Positions 1 to 13,600 of a stretch of 64,000 bases of DNA are shown piece by piece; the stretch's first letter is position 1; the number at the start of each line of letters is the position of its first letter. The position numbers and the translations under genes are program-made. The notes beneath the pieces were generated by a model, which ran no database searches, was not told where the DNA came from, and saw only the letters and a list, made by a program, of their open reading frames with translations. The DNA comes from Bispira polyomma. Taxonomy: Eukaryota. The stretch lies in assembly GCA_965649765.1 (NCBI GenBank), contig OZ287755.1:2170001-2234000 (forward strand), given 5' to 3'.

Positions 1-649
1 AAGTTTATGTACTTTGTGGCTATGTAACTTATGTAGACAGTAATAGACGTGTGCTTTAAGTATGTGATTTTCTTGTCTACAGATGTGTTCATGTTTTATC
101 TGGTTCAACACGGAATATACAAATCAATTAGTTACGTCATTTTGCCATGTGTTTCAGATCAACAGTGTAAATGGGGTGTAAATAACATAGGTGAAGTGAA
201 AAACAATGCCCCAGCCTTACTTTCAATTCCTCAAGGAAGAATATATATCACTGATTTGATCATCATTACAAAGTACAACACAATATATAATTAAGCAGTA
301 TAATGTTTAATAAGAATGACTACAACATCATTTGAGATTTTTTCTTCTGTAAATTTAAAGTCATAATTGTAACATAAGCTCATATGTGTGCACATCTTTC
401 TCTTCCCCCCCCCCCCCCCCCCCCATGCATGTATGTTAATTGTACTAATGGTACGAAACAAATCAATATATATATAATTGAGTAAAGGGTGCACTTTATG
501 ATGGGGGTGTCAAATATAGTAGCCATATCCCCCCTCTTAATCTCCCATTGTTAGGGGTGTAACATATGGCAGTCATATAATGCACCCCCTGAAAGATCAA
601 AGAGAGGGTGTAAAATATGGCAGGGATGCAAAATATGGCGTTACACTGG
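1..649. mobile_element. Right part of a non-autonomous TIR DNA transposon shared with copy B
   Basis: Ends ggcgttacactgg (637-649) with subterminal gggtgtaaaatatggc repeats; matches the right end of the 31218-32536 element. Confidence 0.55.
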
Positions 650-908
650 CACCAGACTAATCTAGAGCACTTGGTGCCCAATTTCAGTGGTGTCAGTAGT
701 GTCTCTAGTAATTAAATAATGTCATTTGTGTGTAAAGCTATTCAAAATATTTAGTGATCAACAATGATCCAATATTGGATTTAATTCCTGGTTTCTACTA
801 TAAATTAATGGTCTGGCCTACATATTATACAGTTTCTGAAAGCACTCTTAAATCTATCTGAGTTAAAAATCTTGCATTAACTTTGTAGTGTTTATTTAAT
901 ATTTTCAG

Positions 909-1048
909 GTGATTTCATTGAGGAGATTAAAAAGGATGTTTTCAGACAGATGGTGCTGTACAAGTCTAGCACAGCATTTGGTATCAATAACAGTAAATGT
1001 CACCAGCAAACGATTACAGAACACTTCAGAAAACTCAATGTGGACTAA
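909..1048 (+). CDS. Last coding exon of CRAL-TRIO (alpha-TTP/clavesin-like) paralog 1; upstream exons lie outside the window
   Basis: Acceptor ttttcAG at 907-908. Phase-1 exon translates DFIEEIKKDVFRQMVLYKSSTAFGINNSKCHQQTITEHFRKLNVD* (TAA 1046-1048). Same length (140 nt) as, and collinear with, exon 7 of paralog 2. Confidence 0.85.
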
Positions 1049-1559
1049 ATCTACATGTAAAGTTTAAACTCAAAGTTGTAAGCCTGAAAATGTAATACTG
1101 ATATTCAAATATATTGTGTTGTAACTCTGTTAGAATAATAGGCAAAATAACAGCAAGGAATTTTGCTAAATAGGGACAGATTATTCAGTCTATATCTATA
1201 TGTACTAAAAAGCTTTATAGAAAGAATATTTGCAAACCGATTACATCTTTGATTCCTCTAAAAAGCTTGATTAAAATAAATGGAACCATATCGAGATTAT
1301 TCCAGATATGTTGATTTGGTAATTGAGATCAATGAACCTAAATACAACATTGATCAATTCATATAATGATCGCTTGATAACGGACAATCCCTTTTCGAAA
1401 TTAAGCGCATTAGATGATTTTTATCAATTTTGCGCTTTATAAATGTTTTTATTATTATTATTATATAATTAGCAATGAGAGCGTTCTTAGGTTTTCAATA
1501 ATATTCGGTGAATTTGTCTATTAATTGTGACATCGGTTTGGTAAACAGTATGGAAAGAA

Positions 1560-2390
1560 CATAAACATGGACTAGAAATTATACTTTTATGGAATTGGTT
1601 TCTCAATTTAGAGAATACAAGAATAAATAGCAAATATTTAATTGGGAGTATGAGCGAGGGTTAAGTGATTGGTGTAATTATGTTAAACATATCTTGCTGT
1701 CAACTGGCTGCCAAAGATGAAACTATTGGAAAATAATTTGTTGCATGAACACAAACTATATTTGTACAGAGAGATTAAAGATTCTTTTTACCTTTAAAAA
1801 TATATAACAAGTAACATCAGTTTTAATTTTAGAATATGTATAGCACAGTTACAGTTAGATTTGGAATTTTGCCACTGAATGTGGAAATTGGTAGATACTC
1901 ATGACTTGCAATATTAATGACATTGAAGATGAACTCTATTTTATATTTATATGTAAATCTTACAATGACTTAAGAGGTATTATGATAAATCAAGTAAAAA
2001 AATGTAATCGTGATTTTATGAATCTAAGTATATTTGCTAAATTGCAAAATGTATGTGCATACCCTTTGTTTTCAGGAAATTACACAAGTAAAGCTTTCAA
2101 AAGACGTTAGGAGTTGCTACATATTGAAATGTCATAAATGTCACCATGGTAGTGATTAAATATGTGCTAATTCTTGTCTCTAATGTGTGCTTCATTGTAT
2201 GTGATGGTAAAATGTAAATGTCAAACTCTGTGTTACTAGATGTGACATTTTGTGTGTAGTATTTCTTTGTTTCTATTATTTTTAAGGGACTATTAAGCCT
2301 GACTGTCTGGGTGTTATCATGTATTTACCCTAACCTGTAACCAAATTACTGTACAACTTGTCACTTGAATAAATAAATGATATGGATATC
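1560..2390 (+). mobile_element. Decayed 3' end of a non-LTR retrotransposon (C-terminal CCHC-type region)
   Basis: Translates LPLNVEIGRY..TCNINDIEDELYFIFICKSYNDLR, typical of LINE ORF2 C-termini. Ends near aataaataaa at ~2370. Also present, partly deleted, in copy B. Confidence 0.6.
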
Positions 2391-3909
2391 TGTACTGATG
2401 GAAATAAGCAAGACGTGATAATAGAGCTTTCATTGAAGAACTGGAATATGTACCCAATGTTTACATTTATTTGTTGTACACATAAGGACATATTTGGAGA
2501 TTATTGTAAGTTTAAGTTTCATACATTTGAAAAATACAGTCCCTGAGATACATTGATTGTAGAATGGATTTGTAAATGTGAATGGAAATACATAGGGAAA
2601 CACAATGTTGACAAACTTTAGTATAAAACAGATTGCATCCTAAAACCTGTTGAAATATGATATACATGTATATGTCTTTAACTGCATCATGATCAGTTCT
2701 ATTTAATGATACAGAGACGGTGTAATTCTATTATTGGTGTAAATTACGACTATAAAATTGATACAACCAAAGATTATGTGTAAAACATGATTGTATATAT
2801 CATCACATAAGGTACTAAGCTACATCAGATGGATTAAAGTACAGCCCAACCAACGAAAAGCATCCAACATAGGGAAATTCCAAAACCGCTTGCTCTGTGA
2901 TGCTGCTCTTGACAGGTTCTCCAATGATATAGTCAATGTCAACACCATGCCATTTGGTTAATTTTATAAATGCTGATTAAGAGAGGAAAATCATTTATTT
3001 ACATGTATTTCATTCATTACCATAACAATTAATTTATTTGGGTAAATCATATGTTGAAAAACGTCTAAAATAATTGGTCAAATATGCCTTAATATTTTAC
3101 ACATATAATATTGTTTTGAAAGGGCAGCTGTAGTTTATGCTTTTTGAGAAGTAACAATGGTGGTTCAGGTTGCAGGAAGCAGGTTAGTTGTAAACCTAGT
3201 TTTTCTAGACAAAAGGTTGCATTACACATGCGCAGGATTAATGTTGTCTCCTCAGAAAAACCGTTCCAAAAACAATATTTGCCAATTATAAATATCTTAC
3301 ACCAACAATACTTTTAAAAATATAATTTATCCGAAAAAAGTGTCATATTGTAACTGCATAATTAAATTTCAAGATAAATCAAAATTGATTAATGCCTTTC
3401 ATGCAATAAAATTCATATAATATTTGTACTTCTGTCCTGTTTGTAGCTGTACACCACTAATTTGACCTATTATTAGACAAGTAACCTGGTTTACACTTCA
3501 TCAATTGTATTTCTAATGTCATTTTAGTTCCGGCTCATGGCTTAGACATTCCAATATAAGTTTCAATAGTGTGACATAGAATTTTGCCTTAGTGCAATAA
3601 GTGCTGCATGTACAGTCTAAAGTAATAATTATAATTAACAATACAAAAAAAAGTTTACCAATATCTCACATTAACAACACTAGACTCTGACAAAGAAATC
3701 CTTCAGGGTTGACTTATCACCAGCATTAGTTGACTATGTATTTAATGGGCTAATATTCTAAAAGCAAAAACAATACTTGTGGTTAGTGGCCACTTTGACA
3801 TTGTGGTTAGAAGTGTAGCTTTATAATCATTTGTTTGTGAACACGAAATTGAACTGTATTCAAATTGAAATACACTGGTGTTTAATGTGGTGGTTCCGAT
3901 GGGGGACAA

Positions 3910-4468
3910 AGCAATATACTCCGACTCACAGGCAGAACATTAACAGGTCAAAATGAGTTTGTCAGTAGTTTAGTGGGTAAGCTTGCGTCCTCTGTTCTAA
4001 CATTGATCTGAGGTGAATTTGTGGTAGAGCTCATGTTTAAATGAGCCCCCAAGAGAACGAATTTGTTCATATTTGTTCACACAATTTGGCTCACTGATTC
4101 TCTTGTTGCATCGTATTATCTTTAGAAAATGATTAGCATCAGAAAAGCACGTTAAAATGCATAATAATAATAATATGTCTATGCTTAATAACACACAACA
4201 TATATACAATCAACTAACATATATTTAAATTTTTTGCCAACCTCCAACATCACACCTGCACATGTCAATTTTGATGTTGTGGGTGGTTGATCGAATAAAT
4301 AAATATTTTTGATAATTTACTTCGGCAGTCCTTCTTTTAAATTATCTTCAACTGAGTAGTCCATTTTAAGAATGAAATTAAACTATCTACAAACCGTCAT
4401 AAGGCTTCAGAAAAATTATACTTACATTACAATGTTAATGTTCTGCCTGTGAGTCGGAGTATATTGCT
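3910..4468. mobile_element. MITE-like element with perfect ~36-bp terminal inverted repeats
   Basis: agcaatatactccgactcacaggcagaacattaaca (3910-3945) versus tgttaatgttctgcctgtgagtcggagtatattgct (4433-4468). No internal ORF of note. No TSD resolved. Confidence 0.75.
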
Positions 4469-4509
4469 CCCACCCCACATTTTTTTGTTGTCACACAAAT
4501 CGCTTTTTG

Positions 4510-6600
4510 TCATTTTCATCAAATCAATATGTCAGAGCTTAGATGAGAGTTGGCCCATATGGCCTTCGTCAAGTCTCCTGCCGATAATGTGGCTGATCTA
4601 TACACGCAGTACTGTGCTGATGTACAATCTCTCCTAGAATGTCATGCTCCATATAAGTCTAAGATGTTGACGAAGCCTGCACCTGAATGGATCACTGATC
4701 TCCGGGAGTTGAAAATGATGCATAGATAGGTCGAACTGACATAGCGCCATAACAAAACTATCGCGAACAGATCACAACTACACCAATGCATCACCAGGTG
4801 CAATAACACCATCACTGATGCCAAACGTGTCTACTATACCAACATGATCACAGAAAGCGAGGGTGACTCAAAGAAACTCTGGGAGAAATTAAACAGTACC
4901 CTACACCGGAAAAAACAGACCATACTACCCGACAACAGCAATAGTAAATCACTGGCAAACATTTTTAGTACTTTTTTACTAATAGAATCTGTGAGAGTTT
5001 TATATCAGCTGCCTCAAATGCTCCTCTACTATCAGCTCCACCAACCATCTTCAACCATTTTTCCACAGTAACAGTTGATGAAGTCAGAAAAATTATACTT
5101 ACATTACCCGTAAAATCTTGCTTGTTAGATCCGTGGCCTACATTCCTTGTTAAGGAATGTATAGACATTTTATTGCCCTCAATCACCAAACTTTTCAACC
5201 TCTCATTGGTCAATGGCGTTTTTCCGAATGATTTTAAAAAGGCCATTGTCACTCCTTTATTAAAAAACATATTTTCTCTTCCAAAGGCTGATTTGAAAAA
5301 CTACTGTCCTGTCTCGGGCCTTTGCAGTTGGTTGAATGCGTAGTGGCTTTACAGATCAAACAACATCTCAACGTTAGTAATCTATGCAATAAGTATCAGT
5401 CAGCATACAGAAGTGGTCATTCTACAGAGACTGCACTACTCTTCACCAAAAATTACCTTCATATATCTTTATCTAAAGTTATGCCTACTGCCTTGCTACT
5501 GCTGGATCTATTGGCAGCATGTGATACCATTGATCACAAAGTTCTTTTTGAGTGCCTATCGTCTTTGTTTGGTAACAGCGGTACTGCACTTAAATGGTTC
5601 ACAACGTATTTGTCTGATAGATTCCAATCGGTCAAAATTGGCAACATGTTATCCGACCCTATATGGTTAAAATTTGGCGTTTATGGGTCCTATTTTGTTT
5701 TCAATATACACCACTCCACTGCATACAAAAACATAAACTGATGATACACAATTGTACATCCACCTTCAACCCGATTCTGCCCAGGAAGCATTTACCTCCT
5801 TACATAACTGCTTTGTCAATGTACAACACTGGATGGCCCTAATTAAACCCAAGCTCTACCATGATCAGACTGAGTATATTTTGTTTGGCTCCAAGTCGAA
5901 ACGGGAAAAACTGTCCAGCTGTTTCACAGTTCATGTTCTTGGCAGCAGGCTTTTTCTAACTGACAAAATACACAACCTGGACGTGTTGTTCGAATCCAAA
6001 TCCTCCTTTTCCAGCCATGTTGCATCCGTGTGTAGATCATGTTTTGTTGGCCTCAATGATTTCAGGCGGATTTGACGTTATCTAAATACACTGCAATCAC
6101 TGTTGCCAATGCCTTGGTCAGCAGTAGGCTTGATTACTGCAACTCTGTTCTTTTCCCTATCTTGTATTGATCTCAGATGCCTTCAGAACATTCAACACTC
6201 ACTGGCTTGCATTGTGGCCAAAACTTCTAAATTTTCTCACATTACTACGGTAGTCAATTTACTCCACTGGCTCCCAATAAAATATTGTGTTGCTTTCAAA
6301 ACTGTAACAATTTTATACAAATTTCTAAATTCTGGATTACCCACCTATTTCACCTCTAAATATACATTCTTCGTCAGGACTAAGTCAGTAACCCTGATAA
6401 ATTATATCTTGATATTCCCACTTTTGACCCTCCCATTTACAAATCCAAAATACATTTTAATCATTGCCTTGCTCATGATGGCCCCTTCATATTAAACAGC
6501 CTGCCTGATCATGTTCGCCTGGCTCAAACGTTCTCCTCTTTTAGGAGTAGGCTGAAGGCCTACCTTTTTGCACAGGCCTTTCCACCTTAGCCGTTGCAAC
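4510..6600 (+). mobile_element. 5'-truncated, frameshifted L2/CR1-clade LINE (ORF2 RT region)
   Basis: Fragments SCLLDPWPTFLVKEC, FKKAIVTPLLK, QSAYRSGHSTETALL, LLDL..CDTIDH, TDDTQLY (~5737), LHWLPIKY, ending LKAYLFAQAFPP* at 6590. Confidence 0.9.
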
Positions 6601-6619
6601 CATTCTGGTAGTCTAACAC

Positions 6620-7587
6620 ATTACAAATGTATTCGTATTTATGAAAACTTTCATGAATACATTTTCATTTTTTCTTTAAGAAATAAAATATAACCAGCAA
6701 GATGTAATCTGGTAAATAATGTAGTAAATATCACAATGAACTAGTTAACATTTCATATTAAAAACCTAAGTAGAGTGTGTAGACAAAAATAACTGAAAGA
6801 CTCAATATAATATGAAAATAAATGATGTTATTTCTTAGTTAAATCAAATGATCACCATCATTATCAAACCTAAAGCATTTAACAATTTGTTCAGTAAATG
6901 AAGGATTAACCAGCGTGCATAATAAAGAGTATAAAGGGTACATATACAATAAGACCACTGAATAGAAAGGCCCCTAATTAAATAATTGTGTAGCTAGTGT
7001 CACTATTTCCTTATTTGAGGGCTTAATGTTTATGAGTTATGTAGTTAACACTAATATTTACCAGATTTAGAGAAAAACATTCAACGATAGACGTGCTAAT
7101 ATATGGAATTTACTTCACCTCTTCTAAGGCAAAGACTTTGTATATTATACATGCATGTGACTTCTAGATTGTGATCTGTTTTGCATTACAGTATTATATT
7201 ATAGTGTAGTTCAATTGTATTGATAATGAGGAGTATGTAAACCTACAAAAGTACAAGCCATTACAGTTTAATATCATTATATGACACTGCTATGGCCTCA
7301 CACATTGGGTCTATGAAAGCCACATATGTAACTGTCCATACAGTGTTGTTAATTTATACTGTCATATACACAGTTAGCTGAATTTCTACTTTTAAAAAAC
7401 TATACTTACAATGAAAAATAGAGTAAATTAAACCTTCCTTGAAAGTAAAGTATTCATGCATTCATGAATACATTGCAAATGTATTTGTATTCAAATACTT
7501 CCAAAATCAGTGTATTCGCATTTGTATCCGTATTATTGTAAAGTATTCGTATTTGAATACTTTTCACATATATTTGCCCCATGTCTG
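6620..7587. mobile_element. Remnant of a non-autonomous DNA transposon with gtattcgtatttg subterminal repeats
   Basis: Clusters of gtattc/gaatac motifs at 6625-6665 and 7450-7565, ending ..tttgccccatgtctg. Only one terminus is recognisable. Confidence 0.35.
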
Positions 7588-9119
7588 AAAGGAGCAACTT
7601 TGAATAAACTTGTGGATGTCTTAAATATCAAAACAAAGTGGCATTTTAATTTGGCCACTGTAATGAACGATAGCATCCGGAAATTTATATCTACTTGACA
7701 ATACACATGTCTGGTTTCAATGTTAGATAATACATCAAAGTCTATGAACTAGCAAGATTCGAAATGAAATTAGAAAGCAACAGCACTTGTGATACAAATG
7801 TGACTACATTCTTTCTTATTGGTCTTGTGCTGCGCTGTGTTAGTGATGGAAAAAATACCCTGTCATCCGTTATCACAGTGAACCATCATTTTTCTGCTTC
7901 AAAATATACTCATCATTTTCCTTAAACCATCAGGACATTACCTTGTAATATTTTGGCAAATATTGCTGAAAATTAATACTCACTAGTTGTCTTGTGAGTA
8001 TTAGATATTCATCATTTTGTTGGAATATATTTGCATCTGTCAAATATAACATTGGGTACAGTTAATTTACTTTATGTAGCAGATCTCATTAGGGAAGCAA
8101 ATGATCAGTGTGTTTTATTAGTTTACAATTCTATAGCACAGCTCATGAATAAAACCAGAAGGATGTTTTCTGGTGCATAAACATTGGGAAGACTCAATTC
8201 GAAATGACTTCATACTAGTGTTGTTGTTTATTTGATGGAAGTTTGTATTTTGGGTTTCAACAACTGTTGGGATAGACTAGCAGGTAAGTAGGTGTGGCAA
8301 TTAAAGCTGTTAATGAATGAAATGGGTCATTTTAAATGTGACATTATACCTGGTACCAGTATACACCAGATAGCAATTCTAACCACCCGCCTCTAGTCTA
8401 CAATAGTAAGCATCATTTGATGTTGTTGCATTATCACAGATCAGCTATAATTACAGTATGAAGAGGAATAAAAGAAATCACTTTAATTTTCTGGTGGCAA
8501 ATAATTACTACATCTTTTACCATTTACAGTTTGGATTGAAAGAGGTGTTCATGGTAAATACTATCTTATTAAAAAGGTTAAGATTTTTAGAAAATTAGAA
8601 GAGCCAAATTTCAAGTATTAACCATTTTCCTTTTGTTAAAAAGAAAATATCATTAACAATCTCACAGCAACAGAAGTCAACAGATTGTTTGCAGAGACTA
8701 TATTAAAGTGAACTAAACCAAGTTTAGGGCGATACAAAATTTTTGATACAGTAATTTAGCAACACATATATTACAGGCTGATGATAAAATAAAGGATCTA
8801 TAGTACATAATACTATCTAGATTTTACCCACAAATAAGATGCTGTAATACACACTAATTCTTAATGAGGTAAAAAATTCTCCAAATTGCCCTATTTTTGT
8901 AATATGTTTCAACACAATTGAACACATATTTCATGAAATAACTTTCGAGAGCTATTTAACTAATTCATAGAACAGTTTTCACAAAAAATGCTATACTATA
9001 TTTGATATTCTTACTCTGGATGCCTATTTGGCTATGATGCTGGCAAATAAAAACCTTAAGAGCCTTTACAAACACTGATTCCATTGGGTAAATATATATT
9101 TAAAAAACCGGTATTAAAG

Positions 9120-9680
9120 CATTTGTATGTTGTGTGTTGTCCTATTGTGTGTTGTATGTTGTGTGTTGTCCTACTATGTGTTGTGTGTTATCCTATTGTG
9201 TGTTGTGTGTTGTCCTATTGTGTGTTGTGTGTTGTCCTATTGTATGTTGTCCTATTGTGTGTTGTGTGTTGTCCTATTGTGTGTTATTCTATTGTGTGTT
9301 ATGTGTTGTGTGTTGTCCTATTGTGTGTTGTCCTATTATGTGTTGTGTGTTGTCCTATTGTGTGTTGTCCTATTGTGTGTTGTGTGTTGTCCTATTGTGT
9401 GTTGTGTATTATGTGTTGTGTGTTGTCCTATTGTGTATTGTGTGTTATGTGTTGTCCTATTGTGTATTGTGTGTTGTGTGTTGTCCTATTGTGTGTTGTC
9501 CTATTGTGTATTGTGTGTTGTCCTATTGTGTATTGTGTGTTGTGTCTTGTGTGTTGTCCTATTGTGTGTTGTCCTATTGTGTGTTGTCCTATTGTGTCTT
9601 GTGTGTTGTCCTATTGTGTGTTGTGTCTTGTGTGTTGTCCTTTTGTGTGTTGTGTGTTATCCTATTGTGTGTGGCTGTTG
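9120..9680. repeat. Compound microsatellite built from (TGTGT)n and TGTCCTAT modules
   Basis: Direct reading; produces the C/V/L/Y ORFs in three frames. Confidence 0.95.
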
Positions 9681-9791
9681 TTTCTGTGTTTTTGAATTGG
9701 GATTTTGTTAAAATTGTTGTGAAAAAATAATTAGTACCCGTCGATAATTGGTAGTACGGCAGAGTTAGTGTGTATAAATCATAATTATCAA

Positions 9792-10426
9792 ATGGCCTGG
9801 TCACACCTACACATGTTAACGTCTCTCAACGTACCCAATCAATATACACTGAAAACGTGGTAGTTCTGTGTCAAAGTGACGTCATTTAGATAAAGGGGTA
9901 GTCGATTGTGACGTTTTTGTGACGTTTTATGATATTTCGTGATGATGTTGGTACTTATACACACGGAGCAGGGGCAAAAAACGGGCCCTTTACTGGTAGG
10001 ATATCACTACTTACTACTAGGTGTAGCTACTGTACTTCTACTTATTGGTGCGTTCTGCTTCGTTCTGCTGCTTAGTAAAACAAATACAACGACTGGAGAC
10101 GATCTCACTACTTACTGGAACTTCCTCGCTACCTACCACTACATATAGCTACTTACTGACACATCTATGCTACCTTCGGAAACGTCCGGGGATGAACAGA
10201 GAAACGGGGAGAAATGGGAGCTGAGGCTGTAGCGTTTCAAACAGTTTGAAGCACTACACAAAAAAAAAAAAACGGAGACGTTTTGGAAACGATTTTATCC
10301 GTCGGAAAACGTAAAGAAACGATCACAGAAGGGATCCTCACTTCCTACTACGTTTCAAACCATTTCCTAAATTCACACAACGTGACACAAACGTAGCTCT
10401 AGAACGTGTAGGTGTGACCAGGACAT
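9792..10426. mobile_element. MITE with ~25-bp TIRs about 200 bp upstream of the paralog 2 start exon
   Basis: atggcctggtcacacctacacatgtt (9792-) versus aacgtgtaggtgtgaccaggacat (10403-10426). Flanked by AA on both sides. Superfamily unassigned (PIF/Harbinger-like ends). Confidence 0.75.
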
Positions 10427-10625
10427 AACTGATTATCTATTGTATAAAGGCGCAATGCAACCATCAAAACTTGTAGATTGATGATATTGTCAGAAGAACA
10501 TATGGGTATGTGTATCACTGAATCTTCAGATGTGATGTTTTTTTTTGTTTGTGTTTCTCACCACTAATTTTATTCTACACAGATCTGTGTGTTACTCAGA
10601 CATTCACTGACTTCTAACAGAGAAG

Positions 10626-13600
10626 ATGTCAGAAGACTCTGACTATATATGTACACTGGACCAAGCCTCCATCAAAAAGGCTAAAGAAGAACTGAATGAG
10701 AATCCCCAGGACAGAATGGCAGCAGTTCAGGCTCTCAGAGACTGGATCAGAGAACAGCCACATCTTAAGTGTCCTAGTCTGGGTAGGTAGTATATGCCTT
10801 GTTAAATGCAGTCTAGACATTTAATTGGGTAAGTAGTGTACATAGTGATGTGAGAAATGTATATATTGGTGTATGTTGTGTATACATTGGTGTATGAAGT
10901 GTATCCATTATTGTATGAAGTGTATACAAGAACTAGAACGAGAACTTTATTTGCACTTTAAGGTGTGTAGTGTATGTATTGGTGTGTAGTGTATACATTG
11001 GTGTGTAGTACATATATTGTTGTATGTAGTGTATCCATTGGTGTATGTAGTGTATACATTGGTGTGTGTAGTGTATACATTATTGTATGAAGTGCATACA
11101 AGAACTAGAACAAGAACTTTTTTTGCATTTTAAGGCAGCAGACCCATATTACATTGACAGTATACATGAATTAATGAAATACATTGATGAATGAGTTTTG
11201 TAGTATATAATTGAATGTATGCAATGTATACAGTGTCCAAAAAGGTGTATGTAGTGTAAAGATTGATGTATAAATATATGTAGCATATGTCTGAGGGTAT
11301 GAAGTGTACACATTTGTGTATAACAGTGTATGGAGTGTACACATTGGTGTATGAAGAGGATACATGGGTGTATGTGTATGTAATGTATTGAGTGTACCGT
11401 AAAGATAGTATAACAGAAGCAACATTCAATTATTTACTTCTTTTATTCATTAATCATCATTTGTCCCGGATTATATACATATATATAATGTGTACATTTT
11501 AATTTTATATATACATGTATATATGCATTTTCAATACAAGGTGAAATAGAAAAATTAATAAATATAATACTTATATGCATATATATATGAAAGTATTCAT
11601 GGAATTACAAAGTCAATCAATTAATTTGTTTTTCGTACTTGTCAAAATTGTACACCTAAATCCCCATAAAGTTAACCACAAAGTAATTTTTCACAGAAGC
11701 CAAACTTTTGTAATGCCAAGTTAATATCTATAAGGATATCAAATATAAAATACCCAGCATACCCAATAAAGTTAAAAAATGTTATTTGTGTTACATGTTT
11801 AAGCTCGAATATTTACCCTCAATTGCCCAAATTGTGAACCTCCAGATAGCAAGTACATTATTGACAGATATAATGGTGGTACACTACAAAACTGGTTTGA
11901 ACACTACCTGAAGAGGAGAAACCAGAAGGTTGTAATTGGTGGACAAAGTTCTGACTCTAACACAATAACATGTAGGGTTCCACAGATGGTTTTGAAACAG
12001 AAAGCTTCCCTTTCCTAGTTGATACATTTTTAGGTAAAGCATTATCAAAGGTGATCTTTTTTTAACAGTCTTTTATTACACTTTTTTACACTCAGTGTGA
12101 TGTTGAAATGTGCAGACAAACTCTTTAGATGTTAAACCTGTGCCACTATGTTAACGTCTTCAGACATGACATTTTTTTTATATTATAAAGTTGAAGCTTC
12201 TGAAATTACAAAGGTTATTGTATTATTGTCATATTCAAACATTGAAAGTTTACCCATTTTGATGAAGGGGTGGTATTCACAAAAGCGGCTAAGCCATGGC
12301 TCTGTCTTACATCTATTATACATCTGTGCTATTTTGAGGACAATGTCTAGACTTAGCCCTTTTATCTATTTTACGTCTGTGCTATTTATAGGAAAATGTC
12401 TAGACATAGCCCTTTTGAAGAAGATGTATGGCTGAAATTATTGTACCCCACCTCACACAATTAAACAACAATTAATTCAATAAAAATGAATTTCAACTTT
12501 ATAGACAAAATTTAACGTTTTAGAGACCAATCTATTTCTAGTACAGTGAAGACATTCTAGAAAGTATGCAGGGGTTTGGTTTAAAGAAACATTAACTGCA
12601 CTACTACCACACATAAACTTCTTCTCTCACAAACATATTATACTACACACAGTAGCTAACAAACATTGTAGGCAGTGCTTCATTAGTAAGAAGCCAGAAA
12701 CTCCCTGTTGTAAACTGTTATTCTGGTTTATTTACACAGGCTCCACTCACTTAAGTTAATTCTCTTAAATTTTTCTCCGAAGCCAGGTTTTCCTTAACCA
12801 AACAATGGAAGGCCATTTTTTCCTGTTTCCTGTGGAATTCTTTAGCTGTTACATGTGTGTGTCCTGTAAGTTCAACCCTAGCTTGAGTTTAATTACTAAG
12901 TCCTCAATACTTTTGTTGGGCACCAGAGTCTAATTAAGCAGCTGAAAGCACTATTAAAATGTGTACCCTTTCTTTTTAGTCCATTGGCAAAAAACATCTG
13001 CAAATGGTGTGTTAAGTTTGAGGCTGTTTAAAGTGGATGTCATTCAAAACAAGGTTCCTGGGCAAAAATAGGTGTTTCCATGAAACACATTAACAGTACA
13101 CAATTTTAAATATATATATTCCATGGAAACTGATAAACAATATCATAACCACATGTGAAGATTGTATGACTAATCTATTATCAGATTTATGTCACCAATT
13201 CAAACTGTAAAATTTGCAATATAGAGTAAAGCCGCTGTCACACTATCGGAACCTATCGAGAGGAAACCCCAATAATGTAGTCGGGAGCAATCGTTAGTAT
13301 TTTGCCCCGATTTTAGAAAAAAACGTAATGGTTTCCGATTGTTACGATACATCGGGAGCAAGGCCTGATAGATCGGGACAGATGGGGGATTTTGCTGTTA
13401 CAAACCAAAAATATCCTCCCGATTGACCAAGATAGGTCGTTACAACCAGTTAGGACCATAAAGATAGGTTGTTGTCATTACCTAAATTCTACAAGATTCG
13501 TCAACATTTATGCATGGATACAATTACTTGCACTTTGGGATTTTCAAGGTCAAAGAAGAAGACAAAATCTACACTACTGCGTAGCATGAACAAAACTGAC

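Larger units (their letters stand above)
1..3906 (+). repeat. Segmental duplication copy A (last intron, last exon and 3' flank of paralog 1), paralogous to ~32075-36050
   Basis: Collinear blocks, e.g. tatgtagacagtaataga (30/32101), cagagcacttggtg-like block (~661/~32550), aagtttcaatagtgtgacatagaattttgcc (3558/35697), aaatacactggtgtttaat (3868/36012). Confidence 0.9.

Noticed and set aside
9084-9730. Three ~200-aa Cys/Val-rich ORFs
   Set aside because: All three frames are open only because of the TGTGT/TGTCCTAT microsatellite; there is no splice context or domain.
13228-13460. Left end of another GTCACAC-type MITE
   Set aside because: No matching right TIR found, so its boundaries cannot be supported.
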